DNA of 64,000 nt. Source: Vitrella brassicaformis CCMP3155 (lineage: Eukaryota; Protista; Chromerida). Positions 1-12,419 of the stretch are shown piece by piece (positions within the stretch are counted from its first letter, which is position 1; each line of letters opens with the position of its first letter). A model generated the notes under the pieces. It was not told where the DNA came from, ran no database searches, and saw only the letters and a program-made list of their open reading frames with translations. Location: the NCBI GenBank assembly GCA_001179505.1, contig CDMY01000418.1, positions 1 through 64,000 on the forward strand. Reading direction: 5' to 3'. Position numbers and translations under genes: made by a program.

Positions 1-317
1 TGTCTTCCGTTTATATTCAATATTCTTTCAACCGCCTTCGCGGCATTCTCTGTCTTATATGGGCCATCGCGCACAATAGCGGCCCTTTTTTCTCTCGTCT
101 GTGTGCCACGGCCTTGGCACTTCTCGTCTTATCTCAGCTCCCGGACGAGGTCGAGCAGCCCTTTCCCTCTCTGTATGAGGGAGAGGCATGGATGCAGGCA
201 TGGGGTGTCTTCCTCTGTCTTACCTTCAGTGTCCCCGTACGTCAACCGGTGACGGTCTCGTCCCGCGCGTTGGACGAGATGTTGCATGCGACAACGGCCT
301 GCAGTACTACCTCCAAC

Positions 318-610
318 GGCTCTTGTCTCTCTCTCTTTGTGCCCCCGCGTACGTCGATTCGCGCGGTAGCGGCTCTTGTCTCTCTCTCTGTGTGCCCCCG
401 CGTACGTTGATTTGCGCGGCATCGGCTCTTGTCTCTCTCTCTGTGTGCCCCCGCGTACGCCGCGTACGTCGATTTGCGCGGCATCGGCTCTTGTCTCTCT
501 CTCTGTGTGCCCCCGCGTACGTCGATTCGCGCGGCAGCGGCTCTTGTCTCTCTCTCTCTGTGCCCCCGCGTACGTCAATTCGCGCGGTAGCGGCTCTTGT
601 CTCTCTCTGT
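318..610. repeat. ~53-bp tandem repeat, about 5.5 copies
   Basis: Unit ggctcttgtctctctctctgtgtgcccccgcgtacgtcgattcgcgcggtagc starts at 318, 371, 424, 486, 539 and 592. Confidence 0.9.
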
Positions 611-1895
611 CTGCCACTGCATCGGCACCTGTCGTCTCTCTGTGTGCCACGGCATCGGCGCGTCCCGTCTCTCTATGTGCCACGGCATCGGCACTTCTCG
701 CACCTCTATGTGCCACGGCATCGGCACTTGTCGTCTCTCTGCGTGCCACGGCGTCGGCACGTCTCGCATCTCTGTCTGCCACGGCGTCGGCATGTCTCGA
801 ATCTCTGTGTGCCACGGCATCGGCACTTCTCGCATCGCTGTGTGCCACGGCATCGGCACGTCTCGGATCTCTGTCTGCCACGGCATCGGCATGTCTCGAA
901 TCTCTGTGTGCCACGGCATCGGCACTTCTCGCATCGCTGTGTGCCACGGCATTGGCACTTGTCGTCTCTCTGTGTGCCACGGTGTCGGCATGTCTCGAAT
1001 CTCTGTGTGCCACGGCATCGGCACGTCTCGCATCGCTGTGTGCCACGGCATTGGCACTTCTCGCATCGCTGTGTGCCACTGCATGGGCACCTGTCGTCTC
1101 TCTGTGTGCCACGGCATCGGCACGTCTCGCATCGCTGCGTGCCACGGCATTGGCACGTCTCGCATCGCTGTCTGCCACTGCATTGGCACTTGTCGTCTCT
1201 CTGTGTGCCACGGCGTCGGCACGTGCATTGGCACTTGTCGTCTCTCTGTGTGCCACGGCGTCGGCACGTCTCGGATCTCTGTCCGCCACAGTGTCGGCAC
1301 TTCTCGCATCGCTGCGTGCCACTGCATGGGCACCTGTCGTCTCTCTGTGTGCCACGGCGTCGGCACGTCTCAGATCTCTGTCTGCCACGGCGTCGGCATG
1401 TGTCGAATGTCTATGTGCCACGGCATCGGCACGTCTCGTATCGCTGTGTGCCACAGTGTCGGCACTTCTCGAATCTCCGTGTGCCACGGCATGGGCACCT
1501 GTCGTCTCTCTATGTGCCACGGTGTCGGCACCTCTCGCATCGCTGTGTGCCACGGCATTGGCACTTGTCGTCTATCTGTGTGCCACGGCGCCGGCACCTC
1601 TCGAATCTCTGTCTGCCACGGTGTCGGCACTTCTCGCATCGGCACTTCTCGCACCGCTGTGTGCCACGGCATTGGCACTTGTCGTCTCTCTGTGTGCCAC
1701 GGCGTCGGCACGTCTCAGATCTCTGTCCGCCACGGTGTCGGCACTTCTCGCATCGCTGCGTGCCACGGCATCGCCACCTGTCGTCTGTCTATGTGCCACG
1801 ACATCGGCACGTCTCGGATCTCTGCTTGGATCTCTGTCTGCCACGGCGTCGGCACGTCTCGGATCTCTGTCTGCCACGGTGTCGGCACTTCTTGA
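597..1895 (+). CDS. Possible Cys/His/Gly-rich 11-aa repeat protein (CHG[IV]GT[SC]R[IL][SA]V)n
   Basis: 432-codon ORF whose listed start is TTG, not ATG. Unit variation looks mainly synonymous in this frame (gtg/gtc, ggc/ggt, atc/att, acg/act/acc, cgc/cgg/cga/cgt). May be a non-coding array. Confidence 0.3.
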   Translation: MSLSVCHCIGTCRLSVCHGIGASRLSMCHGIGTSRTSMCHGIGTCRLSACHGVGTSRISVCHGVGMSRISVCHGIGTSRIAVCHGIGTSRISVCHGIGMSRISVCHGIGTSRIAVCHGIGTCRLSVCHGVGMSRISVCHGIGTSRIAVCHGIGTSRIAVCHCMGTCRLSVCHGIGTSRIAACHGIGTSRIAVCHCIGTCRLSVCHGVGTCIGTCRLSVCHGVGTSRISVRHSVGTSRIAACHCMGTCRLSVCHGVGTSQISVCHGVGMCRMSMCHGIGTSRIAVCHSVGTSRISVCHGMGTCRLSMCHGVGTSRIAVCHGIGTCRLSVCHGAGTSRISVCHGVGTSRIGTSRTAVCHGIGTCRLSVCHGVGTSQISVRHGVGTSRIAACHGIATCRLSMCHDIGTSRISAWISVCHGVGTSRISVCHGVGTS

Positions 1896-2080
1896 ATCTC
1901 TGTTTTCCACTGCATTGGCACTTGTCGTCTCTCTATGTGCCACGGCATCGGCACGTCTCGCATCGCTGTGTGCCACGGCATTGGCACTTGTCGTCTCTCT
2001 GTGTGCCACGGCATCGGCACCTGCTTCCGTCTCTTCTACGTGCCATAGCACTGGCACTTGTCGTCTTATCTATCTTATTC
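610..2080. repeat. 33-bp minisatellite array (~40 degenerate units, interleaved variants)
   Basis: Units gtgccacggcatcggcacgtctcgcatcgctgt and gtgccacggcattggcacttgtcgtctctctgt. The 33-nt period keeps all three + frames open for more than 1.2 kb. Confidence 0.92.
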
Positions 2081-3159
2081 TGGGCTTCCGGACGTTGAGC
2101 GGCCCTTCCGTCTCTTCTACGTACCACATTATGGGCACCTGTCGTCTTATCCGCCTCATTGGGCACTCCGAACGACATTCGCGGTGGGCCAGCTCCCCCC
2201 TTTTGTCTCCTCTCCGCCCTAACAGCGACTCTCCTGGTGCACCTGTGCCACCCCCAATGACGCTCACGTAATCAGCGTTTTCGTCTCTTGGGTACCCTGA
2301 CATCGGTACTCTGCCTTCTTTCACGCTCACGCTCACGCACGGCATTCGCATGGATCAACGTCTTTTTCCTTACCTTCCCGGCGTTACTCTCACGCAGGAT
2401 ATTCGCGTCCTCTGCCAGAAACAGGCACTCTACCTTGTCTCAGCTTGTCTCAGCTTATCTCCCCTCTCACATACCGCATTCGCACAGGTGCGGCACTCTC
2501 ATCTTCGAGGTCCTACACTAACACTCTCTATCATCTCATGAGGCCTCCGCGGTCAGGGGCATTGCGAGACTCACTCCTCGATGAGGCCTTCACGGCCAGG
2601 AGGGCTCTCACACACACGACATTCGCGGGAAGGTCGCTCTTCGTGTCCTGCCGGCCGACTGGGGAACCCTGTCCTTTGCAACCCTCGCGGTTGACATTGC
2701 GTGAAGGCAGGCCCTCCTTTTTGGCCTACCCTTTTCTCTCGCGCACTTTCCGTCGTCTCCACAAGTGCGTGACAGCCCTTACGCTTGGCATATTGCGAAG
2801 CTTGGTGACCCGTCGGCCTCCTATGTATGCCAACAGCAGCACATTCGGCCGCCTCGAGCCTTGTCACGACACTCACGAGGGCGGCCCTTTGCCCTTTTCC
2901 CCTCAGGCTGGCAGTGGCAGTCGGCCATAATACATCTCGCCCAGCGGGTCTCCTATCCGCTTCGGATTCTCTCATGTCCTGGCAGGGGCAGTCTGTTCTG
3001 GATCTCCTTGCGCATGACACTCGCGCTCTTCAGCTCTTGCGTACAAATTCGCACGCTGGGGCCCTCTTGTCTGATTACATGCCGGCGACGTCCCCTCCCA
3101 TTCCAGCCAGACATCAATGGCCCTCCCTGGGGGCGGCTATGTGGCGAACATAGGCGAAC

Positions 3160-3370
3160 ACTGGTGTCGGTTACACGGAATTGGGGTTCTGCTGATTTCT
3201 CTCGGGACTGCGATGCATTCGATGCAAAAGCATGTATGTCTGATACATCTTGTGATGCTCTGTCTGCACGCTAGCGCCATCGCCCTGCGCCGTCTTGAGA
3301 AAGAGAACCAGCCACCGAAAGTTGACACAGCTGTGGACCTAAATCAGCACGATTGTGTCAATGCATGATA
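3160..3370 (+). repeat. Dispersed ~200-bp repeat; inverted copies at ~19375-19580 and partial ~19930-20030
   Basis: gtgtcggttacacggaatt...gcaaaagc...ctgtggacctaaatcagcacgattgtgt matches the reverse complement of 19375-19580. Confidence 0.75.
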
Positions 3371-4392
3371 CATCTCGCTATACTGTGTTCACACGCGAGC
3401 GGTCAGCTTTCATTACTCTTGTCAAAAAGGAGGAACAGCCACCCGAAGTTCAGTTGTGTCGGCCACCGAAAATTTACACATTCCCTCGCGTTTTTTGACA
3501 CCGAAAATCTTTAGATGTTCAGATGTTCCATCAGCTGCTTGTTATCGGCAGCACACCACACATCAACCTATCCATTACGTTGGCCTGAATCGGGATGACG
3601 CGGCAGACTGTGGCGTTTGCCAGTGATGTGGCGAGGGATCAGCAAGTCACTGAGTGTGAATGACAGTGACATCGACAATCTCTCTCTCGAATGAATCTTC
3701 GCCGAGAAGTGGCTCAATAAGTGTCAAAGGGCCTCTGCGGAACAAACATCGAACGCACTTCTTGAGCTGACGATGACTTCTCACTTCGATGTTCCAACTT
3801 ACTATGGTGCGATTTGGTTCTTTGACATTGCTAATTGTGTCTCCTTCCCTCCCTCCCCTCTCTCTCTCTCAATGATTACAGTGGGCCTCGGATAAATGGG
3901 GCACGGCCCACGTGTTTCATATAGCGTTTTTCCCATATATCCGAGGTCCCATTTAAGCGAGGCAATTCACACGCCTTCTGCTTAGCCGTCTGAGTCACCA
4001 GTGCATCGCAGCAGGCATCTGACTCGCCTGGCGTGAGCTTGGCCCGGAAAAAAGAAAAAAAGCAACCCGGCCGGCGGCGTGGATGAGGAGAGCGAGCAAA
4101 CAAGTGCTTGAGCGTTGTTTGGGCGAGACAGATAAGCAGGAGTGATTCACTGGCGAATGAATGATGGAATGCGACGAGCTATCGACAGATTGAGTGATGG
4201 AATGTCCAAAAACACACATGACTCATGCAGAGACAGTCACTCACCACACCATCACACCTCTCACCTGCTTACCACTATCCTCCTCTGCCATAGCCTGCAT
4301 AGCCTGCTCGGCACTCATCTCTCGCTCCCCCTCACTCACGAATGATGAATGATTCACTCATTCTTCTCAAATCACTCATTCTTCTCAGATCA

Positions 4393-5033
4393 CACCCCGT
4401 GGAAGCCTCCTCCCCTGGTCGGGCATTTTTTAAAACGTCCCAAATGTGCTGAAAAATATTTAAAAGCCGGCAAATAGGCGAAAAATATTTAAAACAACGC
4501 AAATAAATAAAAAATCGAGGAGAAATTTTAAGATGTTTAGGNNNNNNNNNNNNNNNNNNNNNNNNNNNNNNNNNNNNNNNNNNNNNNNNNNNNNNNNNNN
4601 NNNNNNNNNNNNNNNNNNNNNNNNNNNNNNNNNNNNNNNNNNNNNNNNNNNNNNNNNNNNNNNNNNNNNNNNNNNNNNNNNNNNNNNNNNNNNNNNNNNN
4701 NNNNNNNNNNNNNNNNNNNNNNNNNNNNNNNNNNNNNNNNNNNNNNNNNNNNNNNNNNNNNNNNNNNNNNNNNNNNNNNNNNNNNNNNNNNNNNNNNNNN
4801 NNNNNNNNNNNNNNNNNNNNNNNNNNNNNNNNNNNNNNNNNGGGGGGGCTATTTTGAGGCTTGTTCCAGCTATTTTAAGGCTTGTTTTATCCATTGAAAA
4901 CACGTTTAAACCCTCTTCACTTCGCCGCCTCCAAACCAGCCATCTCCATTTTAAACCGTCCCAAACCCCTCAAAAAATCAAAGGAGTAATTTTAAAAAAT
5001 TGCAAATACACGGGAGGAGGCTTCCACGGGGTG
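4393..5033. mobile_element. Non-autonomous hAT-type MITE, copy 1 (spans a gap)
   Basis: Perfect 22-bp TIR CACCCCGTGGAAGCCTCCTCCC. 8-bp TSD tcagatca at 4385-4392 and 5034-5041. AT-rich interior is homologous to 62857-63234. Confidence 0.9.
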
Positions 5034-5609
5034 TCAGATCACTCAAATCACTCAATGAATGATTCGCTGTCGAAAGCTTGAAGGTCGAACAACGTGGAGA
5101 AGAAGCTCATGGCTGAGCAGAGAGGAGACAGACGGTGCGATGATAACGTCTACGGTTCTCGAGAGAGGCGGAGAGGCTCTCGAGACTCTGAGTAGCCCTC
5201 CTCACTCCGCTGGTGAGGAGGGCCGCAGGTGGCCACCTGCTCGTCTGACGATGGTTTTCGAGTGGATCTCTCACTGCAAATGCTATGATGTGCTCAGAGG
5301 CAAGCCATTCATGGTGCTCCGCGGCTTGTTTGCTTCGCTGCTTCTCGTTTGCTTGCTTGGCCCCACTTTGGCGGCCCCGATCTCGGCTGTTTGTGGGCGT
5401 TTGACGGTGAAATTTGGTTCACAGTGATCAGTGAGGCACGCTGGACCACATGCAGGTCATTGCGACTTCTCACAATGAATGAATGTCACCGGCTTCGAGA
5501 AACGCGCAAAGTTTACATCGGATAAATTTTTTTTTTGAGAGAGGGAGAGATAATTGACAGATGGCATCCATGCACTCGCTTGTCCAAATCGCCTCCATGA
5601 ATCTATCCA

Positions 5610-6300
5610 CATATGCCTATGCACAAAGGGCACGCTCACTCATCCGATGAGAACACCCCAGCCCCGTCCATCGCCCCAACACCACGCCATGACTGCCTCC
5701 CGCCCCTCAAACACAGGCTAGCAGCCCGCACCAATGCAACAGACAAACGAGCACGCAGCCACCCATGCACCCGCCCTCGCCCCCTATCTGACCACCCCTG
5801 CCTCGTCAACAGCTGCTCAGTCAAGCGGGTGAAGAAGTGCTCCGCCTCCCTCCCCCACACCCCATCGACGGTGACGACCAGAGGGGTGAAGGTCATGGAC
5901 AGGTCCTCGCAGACGCCATCGGATAAATGGGATTTTCCCATTTAACGATTTCCCATATAAGCGGGGTTGACGCTGTCCAATACTTTGGTTTGAGGTCCTC
6001 TGGCAGCAAATGGAAGGAACTGCAGGCATAAAAATTTGGGTTGAGTCCACGAGACATCGATGTCATATATCGACCAAAATCGACCGCCGCCAGACTGTAC
6101 GCCATTAGGATGGGGTAAATAGGTGGATGCTCGCCGAGTTCATGGCACGTAGATTGATAACATCCATGAATGAACAGACATCGGCCGAGACATGACATCC
6201 ATGCGGCATCATTCCAACAAAAATGGCGGATCAGTCATGAAAGACAAGGCCGCCAACCGTGCATTCTCCAGCAGCAGACCAGGCAGGCAGCTCTCTAAGG
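5610..6300 (-). mobile_element. Degenerate 3' fragment of a CRE-like (RLE endonuclease) non-LTR retrotransposon
   Basis: ORF 5636-5941 reads FTPLVVTVDGVWGREAEHFFTRL...WLRARLSVALVRAASLCLRG, typical of the C-terminus of CRE/NeSL-like RLE elements. Upstream is frameshifted. Confidence 0.7.
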
Positions 6301-7194
6301 CGTCGCAGCCCTTCACATTATTGCCGTCAGCCAGGCGTCTCTTCTCCCCACGGGCGTATACGTAGCACTTGCAACAGCCACCGGCGCATCCCCTCAGCGA
6401 GAGACCCGAGGCATTCATATCCTTGGCGAGCCTTAGGCAAGGAAGAATCCGGATCTGTGGGGTCCGCCCCCCAGGCAGCACTTCGCACCCGGGCCTCATT
6501 CTGACGTCAAGGTCCCAGCCTACCTTCGGACATTCGACACACAAAGGAAAGCTCCAGTCAACAAAGAGATGCTCCAACTTAAATGTTCAAACGCGGAAAC
6601 AAGCGCGGAAAACAAATGCAACCGACAAGAACCGAAACCTTTCCTCCGTCAGCACCAGTCAGCACAACTCACCTTGCACAAGGGCGGAGATGAAAGACCA
6701 CAAGGGCGGGGTGTCTGTGATGCTGTCTTGAGCTTGCTACTTCGTCCTTTGACGGCCAACACATCGCCTGGCTTCGGAGACACGTGTGGATTAGCGTTCG
6801 TACAACATTCCACACCGCTCTGTTCGCTTCCATCATGCATATACCTCTACTTCCCCTCTCTTCACCGCTCCGGCTCAGGTGAAAGGCGATGGATGCAGCA
6901 TTGTCTACACCTCCGTAACCGGTGCGGTTGGCGTAGGTTGCGTAAGAGTGCCAAGTGTACCACTCGTTCATCGTCGATCCACTTGAGGCGCTCAACGAGG
7001 TACTTGTGAGCTGTGTACTCTCGTGTCGCAGCTGCTAACGCCCCTTTTCTTGAAGGGAAGCAAGTCTGGGCTCACATGATATATACTGTGACCCTCGGGT
7101 ATTTATACTTTATTAATTGCCGAATGTTCCGATGTAGGGCCATTGTAGGCAAAGACGCCTAGGTCGGTCGGCATATTAAGCAGAGTACCTCTAT

Positions 7195-7255
7195 CTTCCG
7201 CTTACAAAGCCCAATCATCGCTCACAAGCCGTGTCTCAGACGTCTCTTCAGTCAG
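7195..7255 (+). repeat. Short dispersed repeat, also at ~9330-9385 and ~18380-18440
   Basis: Shared acaaa(g/c)cccaatca..caagccgtgtctcagacg..tcttcag. Confidence 0.6.
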
Positions 7256-10200
7256 ATTGACAAAATAATCCATTCTTTTTACTCATGTCCCGCCACTCCT
7301 TCCAGCCTGCCACCACAGAAAGGCACACGACATGTAAGACATACATGTATGAATCCAAGAACAGCGAGACGGCGGGGTTTTCGCTGCATATGTATGTCTT
7401 ATAGATATGCCCACAAGCAGAAGATGCAACCGTCTCCGCTGCATCTGCCAGAGGGAAGTCATCCTAGATGCAGCACTGTGCATGGGCTAGTATAGCATGC
7501 AGAAACCTGCGTAACACATTAATAGATGACGGGGGATGGAGAGAGACGAATTTATGCATGCAGGTAGCCACTAAAGCGGGAAGGAAAAGGACTAGAGCTG
7601 TCGTGTGCATCCCCCGGCCATACCGCCGGGGTTTCGAATCGATATCTACGATCGATGTGTCGGTGCCTGTCCACCCGTCGGTGCTCTATGAGAGCGTACA
7701 TGCGCCGCAGTCATAGAAATATCCATGGCCACTCACTCCGTACGCAAGGGGAGGGCTGAGTCTCAGCTAGAAAGTGAGACACCAGAGAGAGCCGCGCCAA
7801 TGCGTGGGTATGAAGCCAACGAATCGAGCTGGGCTGGGAGGAGATGCGTCTCATCATCGTCAGGCCACCCGAGAGCGTTGCAGGAACGTTGCGAATTGGG
7901 GAAAGGATGCAGGCGGCATCAGTCCCAGCGCGACGACATGGCGGGCCAGCCAAGATCCTCAAGGCTGCCGACCAAGCGCCCTTCTGCGCATCACTTCATT
8001 ACAACAGCAGACCAGACCACGGCTCAGAGGCGCTCCCTCCACTAGAGCAGTCCTCGCCACTCCACGCTCTTCTCTTGGTCGGCCATGAAGAGCCACCCTC
8101 ACGAGGTGTCAAGGCCCCGACCCAAGTTCCTCCTCGGCATCGGCCAGCCCCAACCCCGGCTCGGCTCTTGGGTGCGCCGCACAGACGACCACAGAGGGAA
8201 CGGGGCGCAAAGGAAAGCTCCACTCAACAGAGATCCTCACAGCCCTTTCGAGGGATTGTCTTCTGCGAGGCGACTCTTCTCCCCACGCGCGTACCCTTGC
8301 ACTTACGAAGCCACCGGCGGCGTCCCCGAAGGAACCCGTATCAACGGCAAGACTCAGGCAAGTAAGTCCCGGATCCGTGAGATCCGCCTCCCGCTCAGAC
8401 GACATCCATCTACCCCAGGCAGCATTTCGCACACGTCTTCGCGCTGACACAGACACACCACGCCACACAAGCACAACTTGTCTATGTCATACCTGGGCTC
8501 CTTGTCGTCGTCCGCCAGGCGCCGAAGCACAAACAAAGCAAACGACTCGAAGGGAATGAGGCAGCAAGGGGCAACTCTGCGGAGGGAGTCTCCAAGCAAT
8601 CACACGCCGAAGACAACACACTCAGCACTTCAACCCGACACGGGAACGAGTCTCTTTGTCCGTCAGAGCACAAGACAACCGGGGGGGGGGGAGNNNNNNN
8701 NNNNNNNNNNNNNNNNNNNNNNNNNNNNNNNNNNNNNNNNNNNNNNNNNNNNNNNNNNNNNNNNNNNNNNNNNNNNNNNNNNNNNNNNNNNNNNNNNNNN
8801 NNNNNNNNNNNNNNNNNNNNNNNNNNNNNNNNNNNNNNNNNNNNNNNNNNNNNNNNNNNNNNNNNNNNNNNNNNNNNNNNNNNNNNNNNNNNNNNNNNNN
8901 NNNNNNNNNNNNNNNNNNNNNNNNNNNNNNNNNNNNNNNNNNNNNNNNNNNNNNNNNNNNNNNNNNNNNNNNNNNNNNNNNNNNNNNNNNNNNGGGGGGG
9001 GGGGAGGGAAAGAAAGGAAAATCGACGAAGACAAACGACAAGAGAAACTCGAAGGGATGGTATGTGCGCATCGGAGACTTCGAAAATCGCCTGCTCCTAC
9101 AGTACCCGTACGGCGTTATGGCGTTATGTACGCACCCTGTACAACTAGCGCCATGCTTTACAAACAGCGATTGCAAGCAGCGGTTGCATGCAAACGCGTT
9201 TCTCGACACAAACTCAGCCACGGCCACTCTTCCTTCCTGGCCTGCGCTCTCTTGTCTTCCCTTGTTCGGCCTTTCTTTCATGAAGTAAGTACATAGGCCT
9301 TTCCAAAAGTAACCAGCGCACCTTCCCGTTTGCTTACAAACCCCAATCAAAGCAAACAAGCCGTGTCTCAGACGGCTCTTCAGACAGTCAGTTCGTCACT
9401 CAACGAGCGCTCGCAGGCGCAAACCAGTACCAATCGACAAAGTAAGCCCACAGATGGGCGACACTAACTGTACATCGATAAACGAATCCTTCCTTTCCCA
9501 TCGATTTCCATCCATTCCACCCCCAGCCAGTCAGTCAGGCAGCCATAAGCAGGCAACATGCAGCACATACATGCAACGAATTTGAGGACGACGGGGCATG
9601 AGGGACAGAGTTGCAGGTATATGGGTTACAGTTATGCAGACAAGCAGAGAATTCAGCCGTCTCCGAAGCATTTGCTGGGAGGGCGTCTGCGCAGGGCTTA
9701 GAGCACGAGGAAAAAGGAATGCCGTTCCAACTGGAGGTCCGAACGGGAGTCTGGCGTTTGGTTTCGTCAACCGCCGCCATCGAGGCGTCAAGGCCTTTCC
9801 TGCCCACCCTCTTGCCGTCCTTCTTCTCCTTCTCTCTTCTTGCCTTTCTTTCTCTGCTGACGACTGTCCAGTCGCTCCTGGGTGCTGCGTCTGCTCAGAC
9901 GCTCGTCAGGTACGCCAAGGCAGTCACGAAGGCGCACGAGCAGCACGAGATTTCTCCCTGTGCTGTGTGTGGCTTCTGCCTCTCAGGTTTGTGGTTCGTG
10001 TGGTGGGCCTGAGATGGCCGACCCGTCCGACAAGGGCGGCACCGAGGCCAACGAGGCCGAGGTCACGACGGCGTCGGGTGGCGTGACGGGTGGCGTGACG
10101 GAGGAGGCTCAGCAGCTGTCCACCGCGGCGAGCAGCAGTGGTGCTGGCGCAACAGAGAGCGCTTCGTCAGAGGTGCCTGTCGGGCCGACCCTCTTGACTT

Positions 10201-10330
10201 GTCAAGTAGATAAGCACTTGTACAAATGAGAGACAGCCGCAAAGGCAGACGTACGTATGCGTTGAGACATCGAGACACGACAAAGTGAAAGAGCCAATAC
10301 CAACGCAACGAATGCATTGATACATCCAGG

Positions 10331-11750
10331 TCAATCACGCATCGGTCCGTCACGATAACGCAGAGACACGTCGAAAAAATTTGGTGATGGGGGCGTCACC
10401 ACACCACAAGCCAGACGACAGAGGCCCCAGGCAGAAGAGAAGGCGGCATCGATCACGGCTGCCAGCCGGGAAAGACTCGAAGAGAGTGTCGAAGTCCTTC
10501 TGCGCAAGGGCTTCAGAGATCTTCTGCTGCAGCCGGGCCTGCTGGCGTGCGATGAGCTGTGCGATAGGGGGGATGGCGACAGAGGGGAGGGATGCGGAGA
10601 AATTCCCGAGAAATCGATGCGGGCAAATGCTGCCGAGACGAGCCATTCCAGCTGGAGAAAAGAGGCTTCTGACTCGGGCATCCAGGGTTGCCCACGGAAA
10701 CGATCCCACACATCCCTCACGGTCACGGCCACGGACCCCAAGTAAGCACCCGGCGCGACACGCGTAGACGACACCAGCCCGAAGCCCCCCAACCGGATGG
10801 GAAGCTGCACCTGCCGGTGTGCCGAAGTAGAGAGGGCGCCCGTGCGGTGGATGCTGGTGAACGCGGTGACCTTCGCAGCATCATGTGCACGGGCGGCCGC
10901 CAAGAGCGGCGGGGAGGGGGCGAGGAGGCGGCACCAGTAGAGGAAGCGAGGGGACCCACAATAGCGCAGGAGCAGGTTCGCCCCTTGCACTGCATGGTCC
11001 CAATCGTCGACAACAAAGGCCACGACGGCGTCGAGGAGGCGCTGATGCTTGGCGACGACCTCGTTTACGATGCGCTCGATGAAAGCCGGGGTGCCCATCG
11101 GGGCGGACAGGAGGATGATCCCTTTCGTAGACGCGCGCACACCTCGGCTCGTGATGGCCGTCGGAAGGTCAGCGGCCGAGCGCCAATGCGGAGACCACGC
11201 ATGGCACTTATCCAGCCGCAGCACCAAGTTGATAGCGCGGAATTCAACGGCGGCGGCCGTCAGAAAGAAGGGGACGTCCCATTCATCCATACCCCCCAGC
11301 CCGTCATCCATGAAGCTTCCGACAAGCGCAGCCGGGAACTGCTCCTGCAGTCGACGGAGTGCCGGCTGCAAGGCGAGGCAGACAAGGAAAGGGCCCGCCA
11401 CATCGCCCTGCTGTACGCCTTGACGGCTGTAGATGGTCTCGACGCGCCCGTCCTCCATCGTGTACCACAGTGGCGCAGCTATGCCGTAGAACTGCCAAAT
11501 TGCAAGGAAGCTGCGGAGGCGGTTTCTGAGCATGTGAGCGTGTCAGGCATGTTGCCTTGACATCACCCATGCCCATGGGTACCAAGCGCGGCACAAAGTT
11601 CGCCAGATTCTGAAGGTCACCTTCTCCCACCCGACGCACAGCGCCACAGCCAGACCGCCTGACGCCAAGCTGTGTCGGCCACATTGTAGCCCACGACAAC
11701 AGCAATCAACCGTCCATAGACATCAAGTCCCTGCGCGCCTCCCCTCCTTC
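10331..11750 (-). mobile_element. CRE-like non-LTR retrotransposon reverse transcriptase fragment, frameshifted and truncated
   Basis: ORF 10331-11533 has GVQQGDVAGPFL, FMDD, NLVLRLDKC and LPIRLGGFG. Overlapping frame 10350-10709 continues QQKISEAL...RLLFCLGPLSSGLW. Upstream YGRLIAV/GVRR is a decayed version of the RLIAL..GVRPIAVG motif. Confidence 0.85.
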
Positions 11751-12419
11751 TCAAATCGGCGAGCAGCTCCCAGCAAACACTCACTCGTGACGATTTCACT
11801 CTTCGTCAGCCCGCCGGCACTCAAGAACCACACCACTACAACGCCCTCGGCACGCCGCACACGGTGAGCGGTCACACAAGGGGTCAGCTGAGAACACGTC
11901 ACAGACGAACACACATCCTCTCTCATGTGTTGGATTCACTTACCCATTGATTTCTCCTGATGCAGGTCATCATGGCGCTGGTTCAAGGTGGCATCATAGA
12001 GCGCACTCAATGACTCACAGCCTCACGTAAGCGCAAGCCACCATCTCACTCACACATCGACCTTCACCCATATTTGTACCACTTAAAGACATTGGATGGT
12101 TCTTTTCTCCCGACTGACCATGAGTCCTCCCATCGCGATCGCACATGATTGACGTCCGCTGAGTGCTCCACCATAGACGGTAGGCAGCGAGGGAGGGCGA
12201 GGCAAACTCATCCAAATATGTACAGACACAGATACACATGTATATACATATGACTCATGTATGTATGGATTTGTGTTCTCTGTGTGTGTGTGTGTGGTGT
12301 CATTACCCATCCAGGTGGTGCCATTGTACAGCTGAGCGGCCCCTCTTGTAGAGCCACGGGTTCCTCAACCACACCACCCCACCCCTCCCCTCCCTCTCTC
12401 TCCCCCTGACCCTCTCCCG

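Noticed and set aside
318-2080. CRISPR array
   Set aside because: Units are contiguous with no unique spacers, there are no cas genes and the context is eukaryotic.
129-2271. Other long ORFs across the array (AVAHRETT, SLCATASA, VPRHRH, MPWH frames)
   Set aside because: They are by-products of a stop-free 33-nt unit, and variation is largely non-synonymous in these frames.
4460-9359. ORFs containing X runs (also at 17.6-18.3, 26.1-27.1 and 55.0-55.8 kb)
   Set aside because: Artefacts of translating through N gaps.
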